64,000 bases of DNA from Verrucomicrobiota bacterium (GTDB lineage: Bacteria > Verrucomicrobiota > Verrucomicrobiia > Limisphaerales > SIBE01): contig JAXMHN010000017.1 of the NCBI GenBank assembly GCA_046346765.1, forward strand, positions 5,437 through 69,436. The letters run 5' to 3'. This document shows, one piece after another, positions 20,203 to 30,412 of this stretch; positions within the stretch are counted from its first letter, which is position 1; every line of letters begins with the position of its first letter. The notes below the pieces were generated by a model, which saw only the letters and a list, made by a program, of their open reading frames with translations, was not told the origin of the DNA and did no database searches. Both the position numbers and the translations under genes were made by a program.

Positions 20203-22985
20203 TCAAGCCGACCGGCAGCGTATCGCCAAGCGCGGCCTTATTCCGAGCTCCATCGTCGCGGCTTCGTCCACCAGTCGGACCCATGAAGCCGGACTGGCCG
20301 CCCTCTGCAACTCGGCCCGCACCCGGCCGCGCACCGCTTCGTCCACGTCCCGAACGCGATCGCCGGTCAACCGCACGAGGAGGGCCTTCGGCGCGAAGCG
20401 GGCGCCGTCAGTTTGCAGGCAATCGCCGCAGCAACACCTCGGTCCATTCGCCCGCCTTGCGGACCGACGACCGGGTGAATGCTCCCGCAGATCGGCGCGC
20501 GCGGGCGCCAAGACGGCCCAGCGCCCAGGCTCCACGGCCTGGCGATGCTGCCGCCGGCGGACAACCGGGCTGCGATCCAATCGCCGAATTGCGCCTTTCA
20601 CCGGCCCTGCCTTGCTCCGGCGGCGCCCAGGCGGACCATCTCTTCCAACCCTTCCGGCTGGATGCCTTTCGGTTTGGGAATGTGTTTGGGGACATGCGGC
20701 GGGACGCGATGGGCCAGGTGCGGTTTGAGCACCTGCCAGAGCTGCTCATGGCGGGTTTCGTTCAGTCCGCCGGCCAAGCGACGCCAGAGGATCCAGAACC
20801 AGTCCAGACCGGCTTGTCCTTGACCGCTTGGACCCTTCGGCGAACAACTGGACGGTCTGTTCGCTTCGCCATTCATCCAAAGCATAGCCAAACCCAGGGC
20901 GAAGAGCGAAGCCCAGGAGCTGGAAATAGATGCGCTCGTGGTCGGGCGAATGGCGGCGCCGGCTGGCGCCGGCAAATAGCGCGCTCCAGAGTTCGCGCAG
21001 GACGGGCAGGCGCCATTCGTCGCGGGCCCCGAGCAACTGCTCCAGGCCAGCCCAGAGGGTCTTGACGTCCCGGGCCGCTGCTGCTCGCCTTCGCCGGATT
21101 GTTCTGGGGGCCGCTTGTTGCCAAAGACGCGCTCCACCACCTGCGTCTTCACTAAACCGGGGCGGCATTGAGTCGGTGTCGGTAAGGGTGGATTCCGGGG
21201 CGGAGCCGCGCAGTTCGAACTCGAGGCGCCACTGCTCCTGGCCGCCGCTGTTGGCGACGCACCATAACTCGAGGGCGCTGGATTTCGGTCAAGGTAGAGC
21301 GGGAAGATGGAACGGAATGGTCCCGGGCCGGGAACGGCCGCTTTTCAAAACGGTGTGAATCGGCGGCAGTGGGTTCATGTCTTCGCTGACCGAGACGACA
21401 TCTCCGGCGCGTTCCAGCCGGTCGGAGGTCGACGAAAACAACGGAAAGCGAACCGGCCGTCCGGAGCGTCAATTGAAACTCGCGCTGCGCCATATCCAGC
21501 TGGGCTCCTTCCTCCTGGCCACGCGGAATAACGCACAGAGCAAGGGGCGTTTCGGCCCCGGCCTGTTCCAGGCCGATGTAAAGGGCGTGAGCGGCGCCGC
21601 CGGTGATGCGACGCCCCAATCCACGTCGGACCAGCCCGTAATGACGCGCGCCGCGGGCCACGGCCAGCTCCAGGGAGCTTGATGTTCTGTGCAGCTGGAT
21701 GGGCGGTTGATCCGGCCACCAGCCGGCCATCATCACCGCCAAGAGGCGCTCGGCCAATCGGCCCGGAACGAACACCTGTTCAGCAGGACGGCGTTCGGCC
21801 TGGGCAGCCCGGGCGCTGCGGCCGCCAGCTGTCCCAACGCTTCGAATCCCGCCTCGGCCGGCGCAGAAACGCCGCCAGATGGCGCGTGATCGCCGGATCA
21901 GCGGCGTAGGGCAAGCCACCTCTTGCAGCGCCACGCGCGCGACCTGTTCCGGCCGGGTATCCGCACCGCACGCGGGGAAGAAGCCCATGGATGACTTCTA
22001 CTTCGCGGCGCGTGAGGTGGGTGGCGAGGACCTGCCGAGGAGGCGGCTGCTCCCCGGTGCGACAGTGAGTTGGACTTGATCAGGCGGTTCAGCGCTCAGC
22101 AACGTTTCTTTGGCGCTGGCCATTTGGGCGAGCTGGATTCCATTGCGTGACGCCCAGCGGCGGTCGCCCGAGAGCAAGCGCCTTCCAGCGCGCCGGGCCA
22201 GGGCGGCATCCATATTGTCGCCGCCGAGAATCAAATGCGCCACCCACGGCGATGCGGCGCAGTTGCGGTCCTTCCGGAGACGCCCCCACTTGGACGAGAG
22301 TGAAGTCGGACGTGCCGCCGCCAACATCCACCACCAGGACCAGGCGGACGTCCGCCAGCGCGCTGGCCAGTCGGCTTTCGTGGTGGGCGGTAAAATCGTA
22401 GAATGCGGCCTGGGGCTCCTCGAGCAGGGTAAATCGCTCCAGGCCAGCTTGCCGGGCAGCGCTGACGGTCAAGGCGCGGGCGACTTCGTCGAAGGACGCG
22501 GGCACCGTAATGATCCTCCTGGCGGGCGAGCAGGCAGTCGGGATGGGCTTGATCCCAAGCCGATGCGAGGCGGCGCAGCAGCAACGCCGAGGCTTCCACC
22601 GGTGAAAGCTTCGGCACTTCGCTCGGCGCGCCCCACGGCAGAATGCGCGCCGAACGGTCCACCTTGCGGATGACACAGCCAGCTCTTGGCTGACGACACC
22701 AACCGCGCCGGCACGCGGGCGCCCCGCCAACGCGCAATTCTCCGGCGACGATCTCGCGCGGTCCCCACGGCAGTCGTCGCTCCTGCAGGCAGTTCGTGTT
22801 CAAGCCGGGAATGTAGAGACAGGAAGGCAACAAGGGGGCTTTGAGCCGATTTCGCCCAGCCGCCGGACTTGTGGGATGGGCAAATCGATGACCCCGGCCG
22901 GGCCGGCGACCCTAACCGGGCCGAGGCGATCGCGCAATTCGATCGTTCCCAGGTCGATGCCGACCAAGTATTGAGGCTCACTCAC
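20203..22985 (-). pseudogene. long (~930 codon) Hsp70-family paralog, at least 8 frame disruptions
   Basis: The pieces parallel the intact upstream paralog: QYLVGIDLGT, VPARLVSSAKSWLCH, ITVPASFDEVARALTVSAARQAGLERFTLLEEPQAAFYDF, VLVVDVGGGTSDFTLV, ILGGDNMDAALARR and LPYAADPAITRHLAAFL. They lie in ORFs 22800..22985, 22469..22981, 22231..22833, 22089..22730, 21998..22327, 21780..21971 and others. The 3' end is approximate. Confidence 0.7.
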
Positions 22986-23042
22986 AGCACTGGGATTCGC
23001 GGCGCGACGGGATTGGTCTTGGCCAAGATGGAGGCGGCTTGG

Positions 23043-24962
23043 TCAGCGTCTTCGGCCTAACGAGGCGAAGCCGCAGAGGCCTTGGCTGGTTACGTTTTCC
23101 CGCATCTCGACCGCCTCTTCATGCGGACGTTCAATTCCCAACTTCCATCGCGCTCCCTCGTTCTCGACGCACCGCACTTCGAGTGCGCCCAATTCCGTCA
23201 CCGCCGCTTGCAGATGATCGGGACCAATTTGCCCGCCTCGGTCTCCCTGGACAGGCAAGGTCGCTCGGATCGGGGCCAGTTCTTCCAAGTCCTCCGTCCG
23301 GGTGCTGTCCTCGAGGAGATCGCCTACCTTGTCGTCACGGCGCACCGAGGAGGCGAAGAAGCGGAAGCGGGTGGGCTCACCCACCACCAATCCGAATTCC
23401 TGCGGTGGAACGTCGGCCTGAGACCCTTCCTCCATCCCGAAGGGCGCCACGCACAGCGCTTTGACAGGCGGTTCAAACCCGGGCACAGCGGGCACGGGCG
23501 ATTCCACGCCGACATAATAAGAGCGGGCCGTGCCGCCGCGGATGCGAATCCCATGACCGCGCCTGACCCAACCGTAGTAGGCGGCCCCGCGCGCGACCGC
23601 CAGGTCAAGGTCGGCGCCTTCCAGTTCCTTCACGGGAGCGCCCTCATCCGCTTGCAGCCAATCATTCAAAACTTCGACCACGCGCTCTTTCAGCGCCGTC
23701 GCTTTGAATACACCACCATTGAAGAGGACGGCGGTGGGATGAACGAACGCGTGCCCATCCACTTTGACTGGGGCGTCCGGGGAATTCTGGAGGGCGCGGG
23801 CCTGCCGGCCGAGAAAGGCAGCGAGGTGACGAGTGATTCCAGGGTCCTGGGCGTAAGGCAAGGCCATTTGGGTCAAGCCGGTGCGGCGGGCCGTTTGGGG
23901 CAGGTCATGAACAGCGGTCTTCGGCATGAAGCCGTCGGTCAGAATCCGGGTGAGGTCTTCGCGAGTCAGCTCGGTTTTGATCGTTCCGCCGATCAGGGCG
24001 GAGCCGCGGCTGGGCACCGAGATGGGGGCTTTTTTCAGTTTCGGATCAGCGAAGAGCAGTTCTTTTGCTTGGCGGCAACCGTAGGTCAGCGAAGCGAATT
24101 GCCAGGAATCCAATCGCTTGCCCGCCGCGTTCAGCTGCTGATTGAGCGTATGGGCCAGGGTCAGGTCCATGTTATCCCCGCCGAGCAGAATATGGTCGCC
24201 GACGGCCACGCGGGTGATTTCGACATTGCCGGCCTGTTCGGCCACGGCCATCAAAGAGAAGTCGGTTGTGCCGCCGCCGACGTCGACGACCAGAATGACG
24301 TCGCCGACTTTGACCTGTTTGCGGAAGCTCTCGCCCATCGCTTCAATCCACGCATAAAGGGCCGCTTGGGGTTCTTCCAAGAGCGTGACATTGCTCAGGC
24401 CGGCGCGGGTCGCCGCTTGCATCGTCAGATCGCGCGCAGCGGCGTCGAATGAGGCGGGGACGGTCAGGATCACGTCCTGCGCTTCCATCCGCTTCGCCTC
24501 CCGAGTTTTGCGATCGGTCAGGCGGAGGTTCCAGGCAGCGGCCAGGTGTTGCAGGTATCGGGCGGACGCATCGACCGGGGAAATGCGCTGGACATCAGCG
24601 GGCGCCTGCCAGGGCAGCAGCGGGCTGGTCCGTTCCACGCCGGAATGGCTCAACCAGCTTTTGGCCGAAGCGACGAGCCGGGCCGGCACCTTGACCCCAT
24701 GGCTGCGGGCAAACTCCCCGGTCACGGCGGTGGCCCCTTTGTCCCACGGCAGCGCGAGGCTGTCGGGGGGGAATTCTCCGGCGCTGGCCAAGTAAAGAAA
24801 CGATGGCAAGAGCCATCGTTCTTCGATCGTCCCGGGTGCGGTCAGTTGGGGGATGGCCAACAAACTCTGGTCCCGTGGGCGGGGCTGGTCGGCCGTGAGA
24901 TCGTAGTAAGAGAGGGCACAATGAGTCGTGCCCAGATCAATTCCAATGGCGTAGTCTGACAT
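23043..24962 (-). CDS. Hsp70-family (DnaK/HscC-like) ATPase paralog
   Basis: 639-aa intact ORF with ATG start. Actin-fold ATPase motifs: IGIDLGTTHCAL, LTVPASFDAAARDLT, LLEEPQAALYAW, VVDVGGGTTDFSL and LLGGDNMD. Confidence 0.85.
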   Translation of the reverse strand: MSDYAIGIDLGTTHCALSYYDLTADQPRPRDQSLLAIPQLTAPGTIEERWLLPSFLYLASAGEFPPDSLALPWDKGATAVTGEFARSHGVKVPARLVASAKSWLSHSGVERTSPLLPWQAPADVQRISPVDASARYLQHLAAAWNLRLTDRKTREAKRMEAQDVILTVPASFDAAARDLTMQAATRAGLSNVTLLEEPQAALYAWIEAMGESFRKQVKVGDVILVVDVGGGTTDFSLMAVAEQAGNVEITRVAVGDHILLGGDNMDLTLAHTLNQQLNAAGKRLDSWQFASLTYGCRQAKELLFADPKLKKAPISVPSRGSALIGGTIKTELTREDLTRILTDGFMPKTAVHDLPQTARRTGLTQMALPYAQDPGITRHLAAFLGRQARALQNSPDAPVKVDGHAFVHPTAVLFNGGVFKATALKERVVEVLNDWLQADEGAPVKELEGADLDLAVARGAAYYGWVRRGHGIRIRGGTARSYYVGVESPVPAVPGFEPPVKALCVAPFGMEEGSQADVPPQEFGLVVGEPTRFRFFASSVRRDDKVGDLLEDSTRTEDLEELAPIRATLPVQGDRGGQIGPDHLQAAVTELGALEVRCVENEGARWKLGIERPHEEAVEMRENVTSQGLCGFASLGRRR

Positions 24963-25079
24963 GTGACAGTTACCTCAATCGCGTTGGTCCCGGGAAGAGA
25001 CTTTGGTCGGCCAGCGACGGCGATTGGCGGAACTGAGCGCCCCGCGCGGTCGTCCGGACGGTCATTCCCGGCGCTAACT

Positions 25080-25637
25080 CTATCCCAACTCCACCTCCGC
25101 CGGAGCCACCACTTTCGGGTCCATGCTTTCCGATAGAGCGGGCAGGCGGATTTCCTTCGCAGTCCAACCATGGTGTTTCAAGGTCCCTTTGAAAGGCGGC
25201 TGACCGGTGACGTTCCCGGTCAGGCGGATGCGTTGGGCATCGAATCCGGCTGGGATGGCCGTGGGCGATCCTTCCTCCCCGGCGACGGCAGGTTGGAAAG
25301 TGAAATATTCCTTCAGGACTTTAGCGCAGCCCGTGTGCACGACGCGCGCGGCGGCGCCGACTTCTTCATCGGAGAACCCAGCGACGTCCTGCTGCAAGAA
25401 GTCGAGCAATCGGCCTTCCCGCTGGAGCGCAGCCAACACGAATAATCCCGAGGCATGGACGCGTTCGGGAGGGGCTGCCGCCGGCGCTGGCGGAGGCGTC
25501 GCCGCCGCAGCTTTGGCCGAGAGGCGCTTCAATCCAGCGGCAACCTGCTGCGCGTAATCGGCGCTAAAAATCAGGCGGAAAGCCATCCCAATCCTCTCGG
25601 AAAAAGAGGGGCTCTCCGCGACAACAGTACTTTCCAT
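25080..25637 (-). CDS. DUF2760-like protein (first gene of the Hsp70-paralog operon)
   Basis: ATG at 25637 (MESTVVAE..). The segment ..GLFVLAALQREGRLLDFLQQDVAGFSDEEVGAAARVVHTGCAKVL..PPFKGTLKHHGW.. matches my recollection of the DUF2760 family, which typically sits beside Hsp70 paralogs. Confidence 0.6.
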   Translation of the reverse strand: MESTVVAESPSFSERIGMAFRLIFSADYAQQVAAGLKRLSAKAAAATPPPAPAAAPPERVHASGLFVLAALQREGRLLDFLQQDVAGFSDEEVGAAARVVHTGCAKVLKEYFTFQPAVAGEEGSPTAIPAGFDAQRIRLTGNVTGQPPFKGTLKHHGWTAKEIRLPALSESMDPKVVAPAEVELG

Positions 25638-25730
25638 GGCCACAGCATAGCAGTGCCCAAACCCGGAGCAAATGATTCCGCCGCGCGCGGTCGGGCGCTT
25701 TGCAGGAACAAGGCGTCTCGGTGTCACGTA

Positions 25731-25744
25731 ACGAAGCGCTTCGT
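25731..25744. promoter_or_regulatory. 14-bp perfect palindrome ACGAAGCGCTTCGT in a divergent intergenic region
   Basis: Read directly from the sequence. It lies between the DUF2760 start (25637, minus) and the CotH gene start (25822, plus). Confidence 0.2.
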
Positions 25745-25821
25745 GGCCGGCTCGGTCGAAGAAGGCATCGTCGCACGCTTTCCGTGGACAAACCGGCCCA
25801 AGTCATTAAACGTATCAGCGA

Positions 25822-28800
25822 ATGAACCCGCCAAGAGTTGCCCGGACGTTGCGACGCCTCCTGGCTTTGATCCTGTTCCTGCTCTGCGCCGCCGTTGCCC
25901 ACTCCACCTTCGGCCAGATCATCAGTGAATTTCTCACTCAGAATAATGGACTGCTGCTCGATGAAGACGGCGATTCGCCTGACTGGATTGAAATCCAGAA
26001 TCCCACCAGCCAGCCGGTTCATTTGCTCAATTGGGCCCTGACCGACGTCAGGACAAACCTGGTCAAGTGGCCGTTCCCCGATACCAACATCGTCGCGGGC
26101 GGATTCGTCATCGTTTTCGCCTCGGGCAAAGACCGGCGCGTGAGCGGCGCGCCGCTCCATGCCAACTTTCGCCTCGATACGGAGGGGGAGTATCTGGCTT
26201 TGGTGGCGCCGAACGGCCTTCGCATTGCCAGTGAGTATGCGCCCGCTTACCCAGCGCAGCTGCCTAACATTTCCTACGGGATCCGGCAGCGCGCGGGCAG
26301 TGTGTCGGTTTTAAAATCGAATGCGTCCGGGCGATACCGGGTTCCGGCCAGTGCGGCCGAGGATGCGAGCTGGACCGCGCCGGACTTTAACGATTCGAGT
26401 TGGAGCGGGGCGGTGAACGGCGTCGGCTTTGAGACGACGCCGGCCGATTACGCCGGCCTGATTGCCACGGACGTGCGCCTGGCGATGGCTCAAAGCACCT
26501 CGTGCTATGTTCGTTTGCCTTTCGTGGTCGACAATCCAGCTGATTATTCCGCCTGGCGTCTTCTGGTCCAATACGACGACGGGTTTGTCGCTTACCTGAA
26601 CGGCCAGGAAGTGGCGCGGGCCAACGCTCCGGAGACGCCGGCGTGGAACTCGGCGGCAACGGCCGGGCACCCCGATGATCAGGCAGTCATTCCCGAGGAG
26701 TTCGACCTCACCTCCGCCCAAGACCTCATTATCCGCGGAACGAACGTGTTGGCCTTGCACGGTTTGAACTCCAGCACGACCAGCAGCGATTTCCTGGTCT
26801 TGGCAACGATAGAGGCGCAGCCGCTGACGGAAGGCAGCCCGGTGCCCAGCTACTTCACTGTGCCCACCCCTGGCGAACGCAACGTAGGCGGTGTCGACAC
26901 GCTTGGCCCGATTCTGAGCGACGTCACGCTGTCGCCGGCGCGGCCATTGCCAGCCCAAGCTCTCGCCATCTCGGCTCACGTCGCGTCTTCTTTCCGTCCG
27001 GTTGCCGGCGTGCAGTTGCACTATCGCGTCATGTTCCAACCGGAAGTGACCGTCGCCATGCTGGATGACGGCGCCCACGCGGATGGCGCGGCCCATGATG
27101 GCACTTACGGAGCCGTCATTCCGGCGTCGAGTGCCGGGCCGGGCGAGATGATTCGCTATTTTGTCACGGCGACTGATTCAGAACAAAATTCGTCCCGTTT
27201 GCCGCTCTTCCTGGATGCCCGGGAGTCGGCCCAGTATTACGGCACCGTGCTGGCCGATTCGAGTGTGCAAAGCAAGCTGCCGGTGGTGGACTGGTTTATC
27301 GAGAATCCGTCTCGTGCGGACACGCAGGGCGGCGCCCGGTGCTCGATCGCATTTCTGGGAGAATTTTACGATAACGTCCTCTTCAGCTTGCATGGCCAGA
27401 GTTCGAGCGGCTTTCCCAAAAGGGGCTACAATCTCGACTTTCCCCGTGATCATCGGTTCCGCTATGCCACGAACGCGCCGCGGGTTAAGGATATCAAGCT
27501 GCTGACCAATTACGCCGACAAATCCCGGACGCGCAACACACTCGCTTACGATTTCATCCGCGAAGCCGGATCGGTGGGCCATTTCGCTTTCCCGGTTCGA
27601 GTGCAACAGAACGGGGAGTTTCACGCCATTCTCGATTTGATGGAGGATGCCGATGACCGCTGGCTGGAACGGGTCGGCCGCGATCCGAACGGCGCTCTTT
27701 ACAAGGTCTACAACGCGCTGGACAGCGCGGGTGGAAACGAGAAGAAGACCCGCAAGAACGAAGGCACGGCCGATCTGCAGAGTTTGATCACTAACCTGGC
27801 GGGCAACCGTTCTCTGGCCGATCGCGTGACTTATGCCTACGACAACATCGATCTGCCCCAAACGGTCAGTTATTTCGTTGGCCTGGCTTTGATCAGCAGC
27901 CAGGACCATGGCCATAAAAACTTCTTTATGTATCGGGACAGCGATGGCAGCGGCGAGTGGGCGATCTTCCCTTGGGATGTAGACTTGAGCTGGGGCCGGA
28001 ACTGGATCGATGCGGGCGGCTATTTCACCGATCGGCTTTACACCAACAATGTGCTCAACTTTTACAACGGCGCGCAGCAGAACAAACCATCCAACCGCCT
28101 CTATAACCTGATCTTTAGTCATCCCGATTTTCGTCGGATGTACCTGCGCCGTTTGCGCACTGTCATGGACACGCTCCTCCAACCGCCAGGAACGCCGCCT
28201 GCCCAGCTCAAAATCGAAAAGCGCATCCGCGAACTGGTGGATTTGATGGATCCGCCCGAGATCACTCCCTCCGACGCCGACCTTGATTATCAAAAGTGGG
28301 GCTCCTGGGGCAATGGTTTTGAAACCCGTCCGGAAGCGCAACGCATTATCGATCTTCACCTGCCGGGCCGGCGCGACTTTCTTTTCAACAGTCCGACCGC
28401 CACCTTGAACGGCGAGGGCATTCCGCCGGCGCAGGATCCCAATGCGGTGGTCACGATCGGCGCGATTGATTTCAATCCTGCCTCGGGCAGCCAGGAGGAA
28501 GAGTTCATCGAGCTGATCAATCCGCACGACGTCGCGCTCGACGTCTCCGGTTGGAAAGTCGAGGGAGCGGTCGAGTTGACGTTGAGGCCCGGCACCGTCC
28601 TGCCCGCGGGCAGCCGTCTTTATCTGTCGCCTAACGTCCGGGCCTTTCGGGCGCGCACCGCGGCACCGCGGGGCGGCCTCGGCTTGGCGGTGCAAGGCGA
28701 TTACCCTGGCCAACTCTCCGCCCGGGGAGAATCGTTGCGAATCGTCAACGATCAGAACCGGGTCGTCGCCAGCACCAACTATCCGGGACTGCCCACCGCC

Positions 28801-29514
28801 GCCCAGCAGTTTCTCAAAATCACAGAACTGATGTATCACCCGGCGCCGCCCCCGCCGGGCAGCCCGTATACCGACGAAGACTTTGAGTTTATCGAACTCA
28901 AGAATGCCGGGAGCACCGCTCTGGATTTGAGCGGCATCCGATTCACCAACGGGATCGCGTTCAGCTTCACTGGGGCTGCCGCCCGGCAGCTTGCCCCAGG
29001 TGAATTGATCCTGGTGGTCCGAAACGTTGCAGCCTTTGCCTCCCGTTACGGCGCCGGGCTCAAAGTGGCTGGGCCATACTTGGGCGCGCTGGACAATGCG
29101 GGCGAAAAGCTCAAGCTCGTCGACGCCGTCGGCGAAGTTGTGTTCGAGTTTGACTATTCTCCAGAGTGGTTGCCATCGACTGACGGCGAGGGTTACTCGC
29201 TGGAAGTGTCCGACCCTGACCAATCCCTTGACTCAGCCAAGGCTTGGCGGGCCAGCGCCCAACCGGGCGGGTCACCTGGCCAAGAGTTGTCCGTCAGTGC
29301 CGTGCTCCTCCGGACCAGCCTTGTCCATGGCACCTTTGTGATTTCGTTCACTTCCGCGCCCGGGCGGGCCTACTCGCTCTTTCATCGGACGAGTTTGTTT
29401 GCCGGTGAATGGGAGTTGGTTCGTCCCATTGCCGCGCCGGCCCAAGGCAGTGACTGGTCGGTGGAGATTCCGATCGCCGATGATGCCGCCCCGCACTTTT
29501 ACCGCGTGCAATAG
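25822..29514 (+). CDS. secreted LTD (lamin-tail domain) - CotH kinase-family protein
   Basis: 1230-aa ORF with a signal peptide. N-terminal LTD: IISEFLTQNNG..DWIEIQNPTSQPVHLLNWALTD..KWPFP..GGFVIVFASGKD. CotH core: GFPKRGYNLDFPRDHRF..IKLLTNYADKSRTRNTLAYDFIREAG..VRVQQNGEFHAILDLMED. Two further LTDs (EEEFIELINP.., EDFEFIELKNAG..). The C-terminal module ends in HFYRVQ. Confidence 0.9.
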   Translation: MNPPRVARTLRRLLALILFLLCAAVAHSTFGQIISEFLTQNNGLLLDEDGDSPDWIEIQNPTSQPVHLLNWALTDVRTNLVKWPFPDTNIVAGGFVIVFASGKDRRVSGAPLHANFRLDTEGEYLALVAPNGLRIASEYAPAYPAQLPNISYGIRQRAGSVSVLKSNASGRYRVPASAAEDASWTAPDFNDSSWSGAVNGVGFETTPADYAGLIATDVRLAMAQSTSCYVRLPFVVDNPADYSAWRLLVQYDDGFVAYLNGQEVARANAPETPAWNSAATAGHPDDQAVIPEEFDLTSAQDLIIRGTNVLALHGLNSSTTSSDFLVLATIEAQPLTEGSPVPSYFTVPTPGERNVGGVDTLGPILSDVTLSPARPLPAQALAISAHVASSFRPVAGVQLHYRVMFQPEVTVAMLDDGAHADGAAHDGTYGAVIPASSAGPGEMIRYFVTATDSEQNSSRLPLFLDARESAQYYGTVLADSSVQSKLPVVDWFIENPSRADTQGGARCSIAFLGEFYDNVLFSLHGQSSSGFPKRGYNLDFPRDHRFRYATNAPRVKDIKLLTNYADKSRTRNTLAYDFIREAGSVGHFAFPVRVQQNGEFHAILDLMEDADDRWLERVGRDPNGALYKVYNALDSAGGNEKKTRKNEGTADLQSLITNLAGNRSLADRVTYAYDNIDLPQTVSYFVGLALISSQDHGHKNFFMYRDSDGSGEWAIFPWDVDLSWGRNWIDAGGYFTDRLYTNNVLNFYNGAQQNKPSNRLYNLIFSHPDFRRMYLRRLRTVMDTLLQPPGTPPAQLKIEKRIRELVDLMDPPEITPSDADLDYQKWGSWGNGFETRPEAQRIIDLHLPGRRDFLFNSPTATLNGEGIPPAQDPNAVVTIGAIDFNPASGSQEEEFIELINPHDVALDVSGWKVEGAVELTLRPGTVLPAGSRLYLSPNVRAFRARTAAPRGGLGLAVQGDYPGQLSARGESLRIVNDQNRVVASTNYPGLPTAAQQFLKITELMYHPAPPPPGSPYTDEDFEFIELKNAGSTALDLSGIRFTNGIAFSFTGAAARQLAPGELILVVRNVAAFASRYGAGLKVAGPYLGALDNAGEKLKLVDAVGEVVFEFDYSPEWLPSTDGEGYSLEVSDPDQSLDSAKAWRASAQPGGSPGQELSVSAVLLRTSLVHGTFVISFTSAPGRAYSLFHRTSLFAGEWELVRPIAAPAQGSDWSVEIPIADDAAPHFYRVQ

Positions 29515-29554
29515 CGTCCAGGGAGGTGGTCAGCGGGCCACATCTGCGGTCAGC

Positions 29555-29582
29555 GGTCGGAGGTCGGAGGTCGGAGGTCGGA
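29555..29582 (+). repeat. heptanucleotide microsatellite (GGTCGGA)x4, preceded by a degenerate GGTCAGC unit
   Basis: Read directly from the intergenic region between the CotH gene stop (29514) and the TSUP gene start (29650). Confidence 0.8.
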
Positions 29583-29649
29583 GGCAACGGGCTGCGGTTT
29601 CGGGGAGACTTCCAGCGAAAAGTTCCCTAGCGTCCTGCGACAACCGGTC

Positions 29650-30408
29650 ATGATCACACCCTGGCAGTATCCAGTGTTGTTCGCCGCCGCTTTTGTGGCG
29701 GGCTTTGTTGACTCGATCGCGGGTGGCGGCGGGCTGATCACCGTGCCCGTTTTGATGAATCTCGGATTGGCGCCGCAGGATGCGCTCGGCACGAATAAGC
29801 TCCAAGCCAGTTTCGGGTCTGGCAGTGCTGCCTGGCACTATGCCAAGGCTGGGACGGTGACGCTGCGGGACTGCCAATTCGGCTTCATGGTCTCGATGGT
29901 GGGGGCGGGGGCGGGCGCGTGGCTGGTGCGTCAACTCGACCCGGGATTGCTGCGGCGGGCCATACCGGTGCTGTTGGTCGGCGTCGCCGTCTACATGCTG
30001 ATCCATCCGAAAATGGGCGAACACGACTTGCATGCGCGCATGCCGCGCCGGATGTTTGATCTGCTCTTCGGCTTGGTGATTGGTTTTTATGATGGATTCT
30101 TCGGCCCGGGCACCGGCACCTTCTGGACGATGGCGTATGTCGTTGTCCTCGGGTTCAGCCTGACGCGTGCGACTGGTTCGACAAAAGTAATGAACTTCGC
30201 CAGCAATATCAGTTCGCTGGTCCTGTTTTTGATCGGCGGCAACGTGCTTTTCGGGGCCGGGCTGTTGATGGGTGCAGGTCAATGGCTCGGAGCGCGCATG
30301 GGCTCGCGCATGGTCATTCTGCGGGGCACCAAATTTATCCGACCCGTCTTTTTGACGGTGGTGCTGGCGCTGACGGCCAAGCTTCTATTCGAGGCGTATC
30401 GCCGTTGA
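29650..30408 (+). CDS. TSUP-family (TauE/SafE) anion exporter membrane protein
   Basis: 252-aa ORF. The N-terminal FVAGFVDSIAGGGGLITVPVLMNLGL..ALGTNK is characteristic of the family. About 8 hydrophobic segments. Confidence 0.85.
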   Translation: MITPWQYPVLFAAAFVAGFVDSIAGGGGLITVPVLMNLGLAPQDALGTNKLQASFGSGSAAWHYAKAGTVTLRDCQFGFMVSMVGAGAGAWLVRQLDPGLLRRAIPVLLVGVAVYMLIHPKMGEHDLHARMPRRMFDLLFGLVIGFYDGFFGPGTGTFWTMAYVVVLGFSLTRATGSTKVMNFASNISSLVLFLIGGNVLFGAGLLMGAGQWLGARMGSRMVILRGTKFIRPVFLTVVLALTAKLLFEAYRR

Positions 30409-30412
30409 ACTC

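Noticed and set aside
23082-29223. Long antisense ORFs 23082..24452 (456 aa) opposite Hsp70 and 27178..29223 (681 aa) opposite CotH
   Set aside because: Same reasoning. The opposite strands carry strong family motifs, and these translations are Arg/Gly-rich with no motifs.
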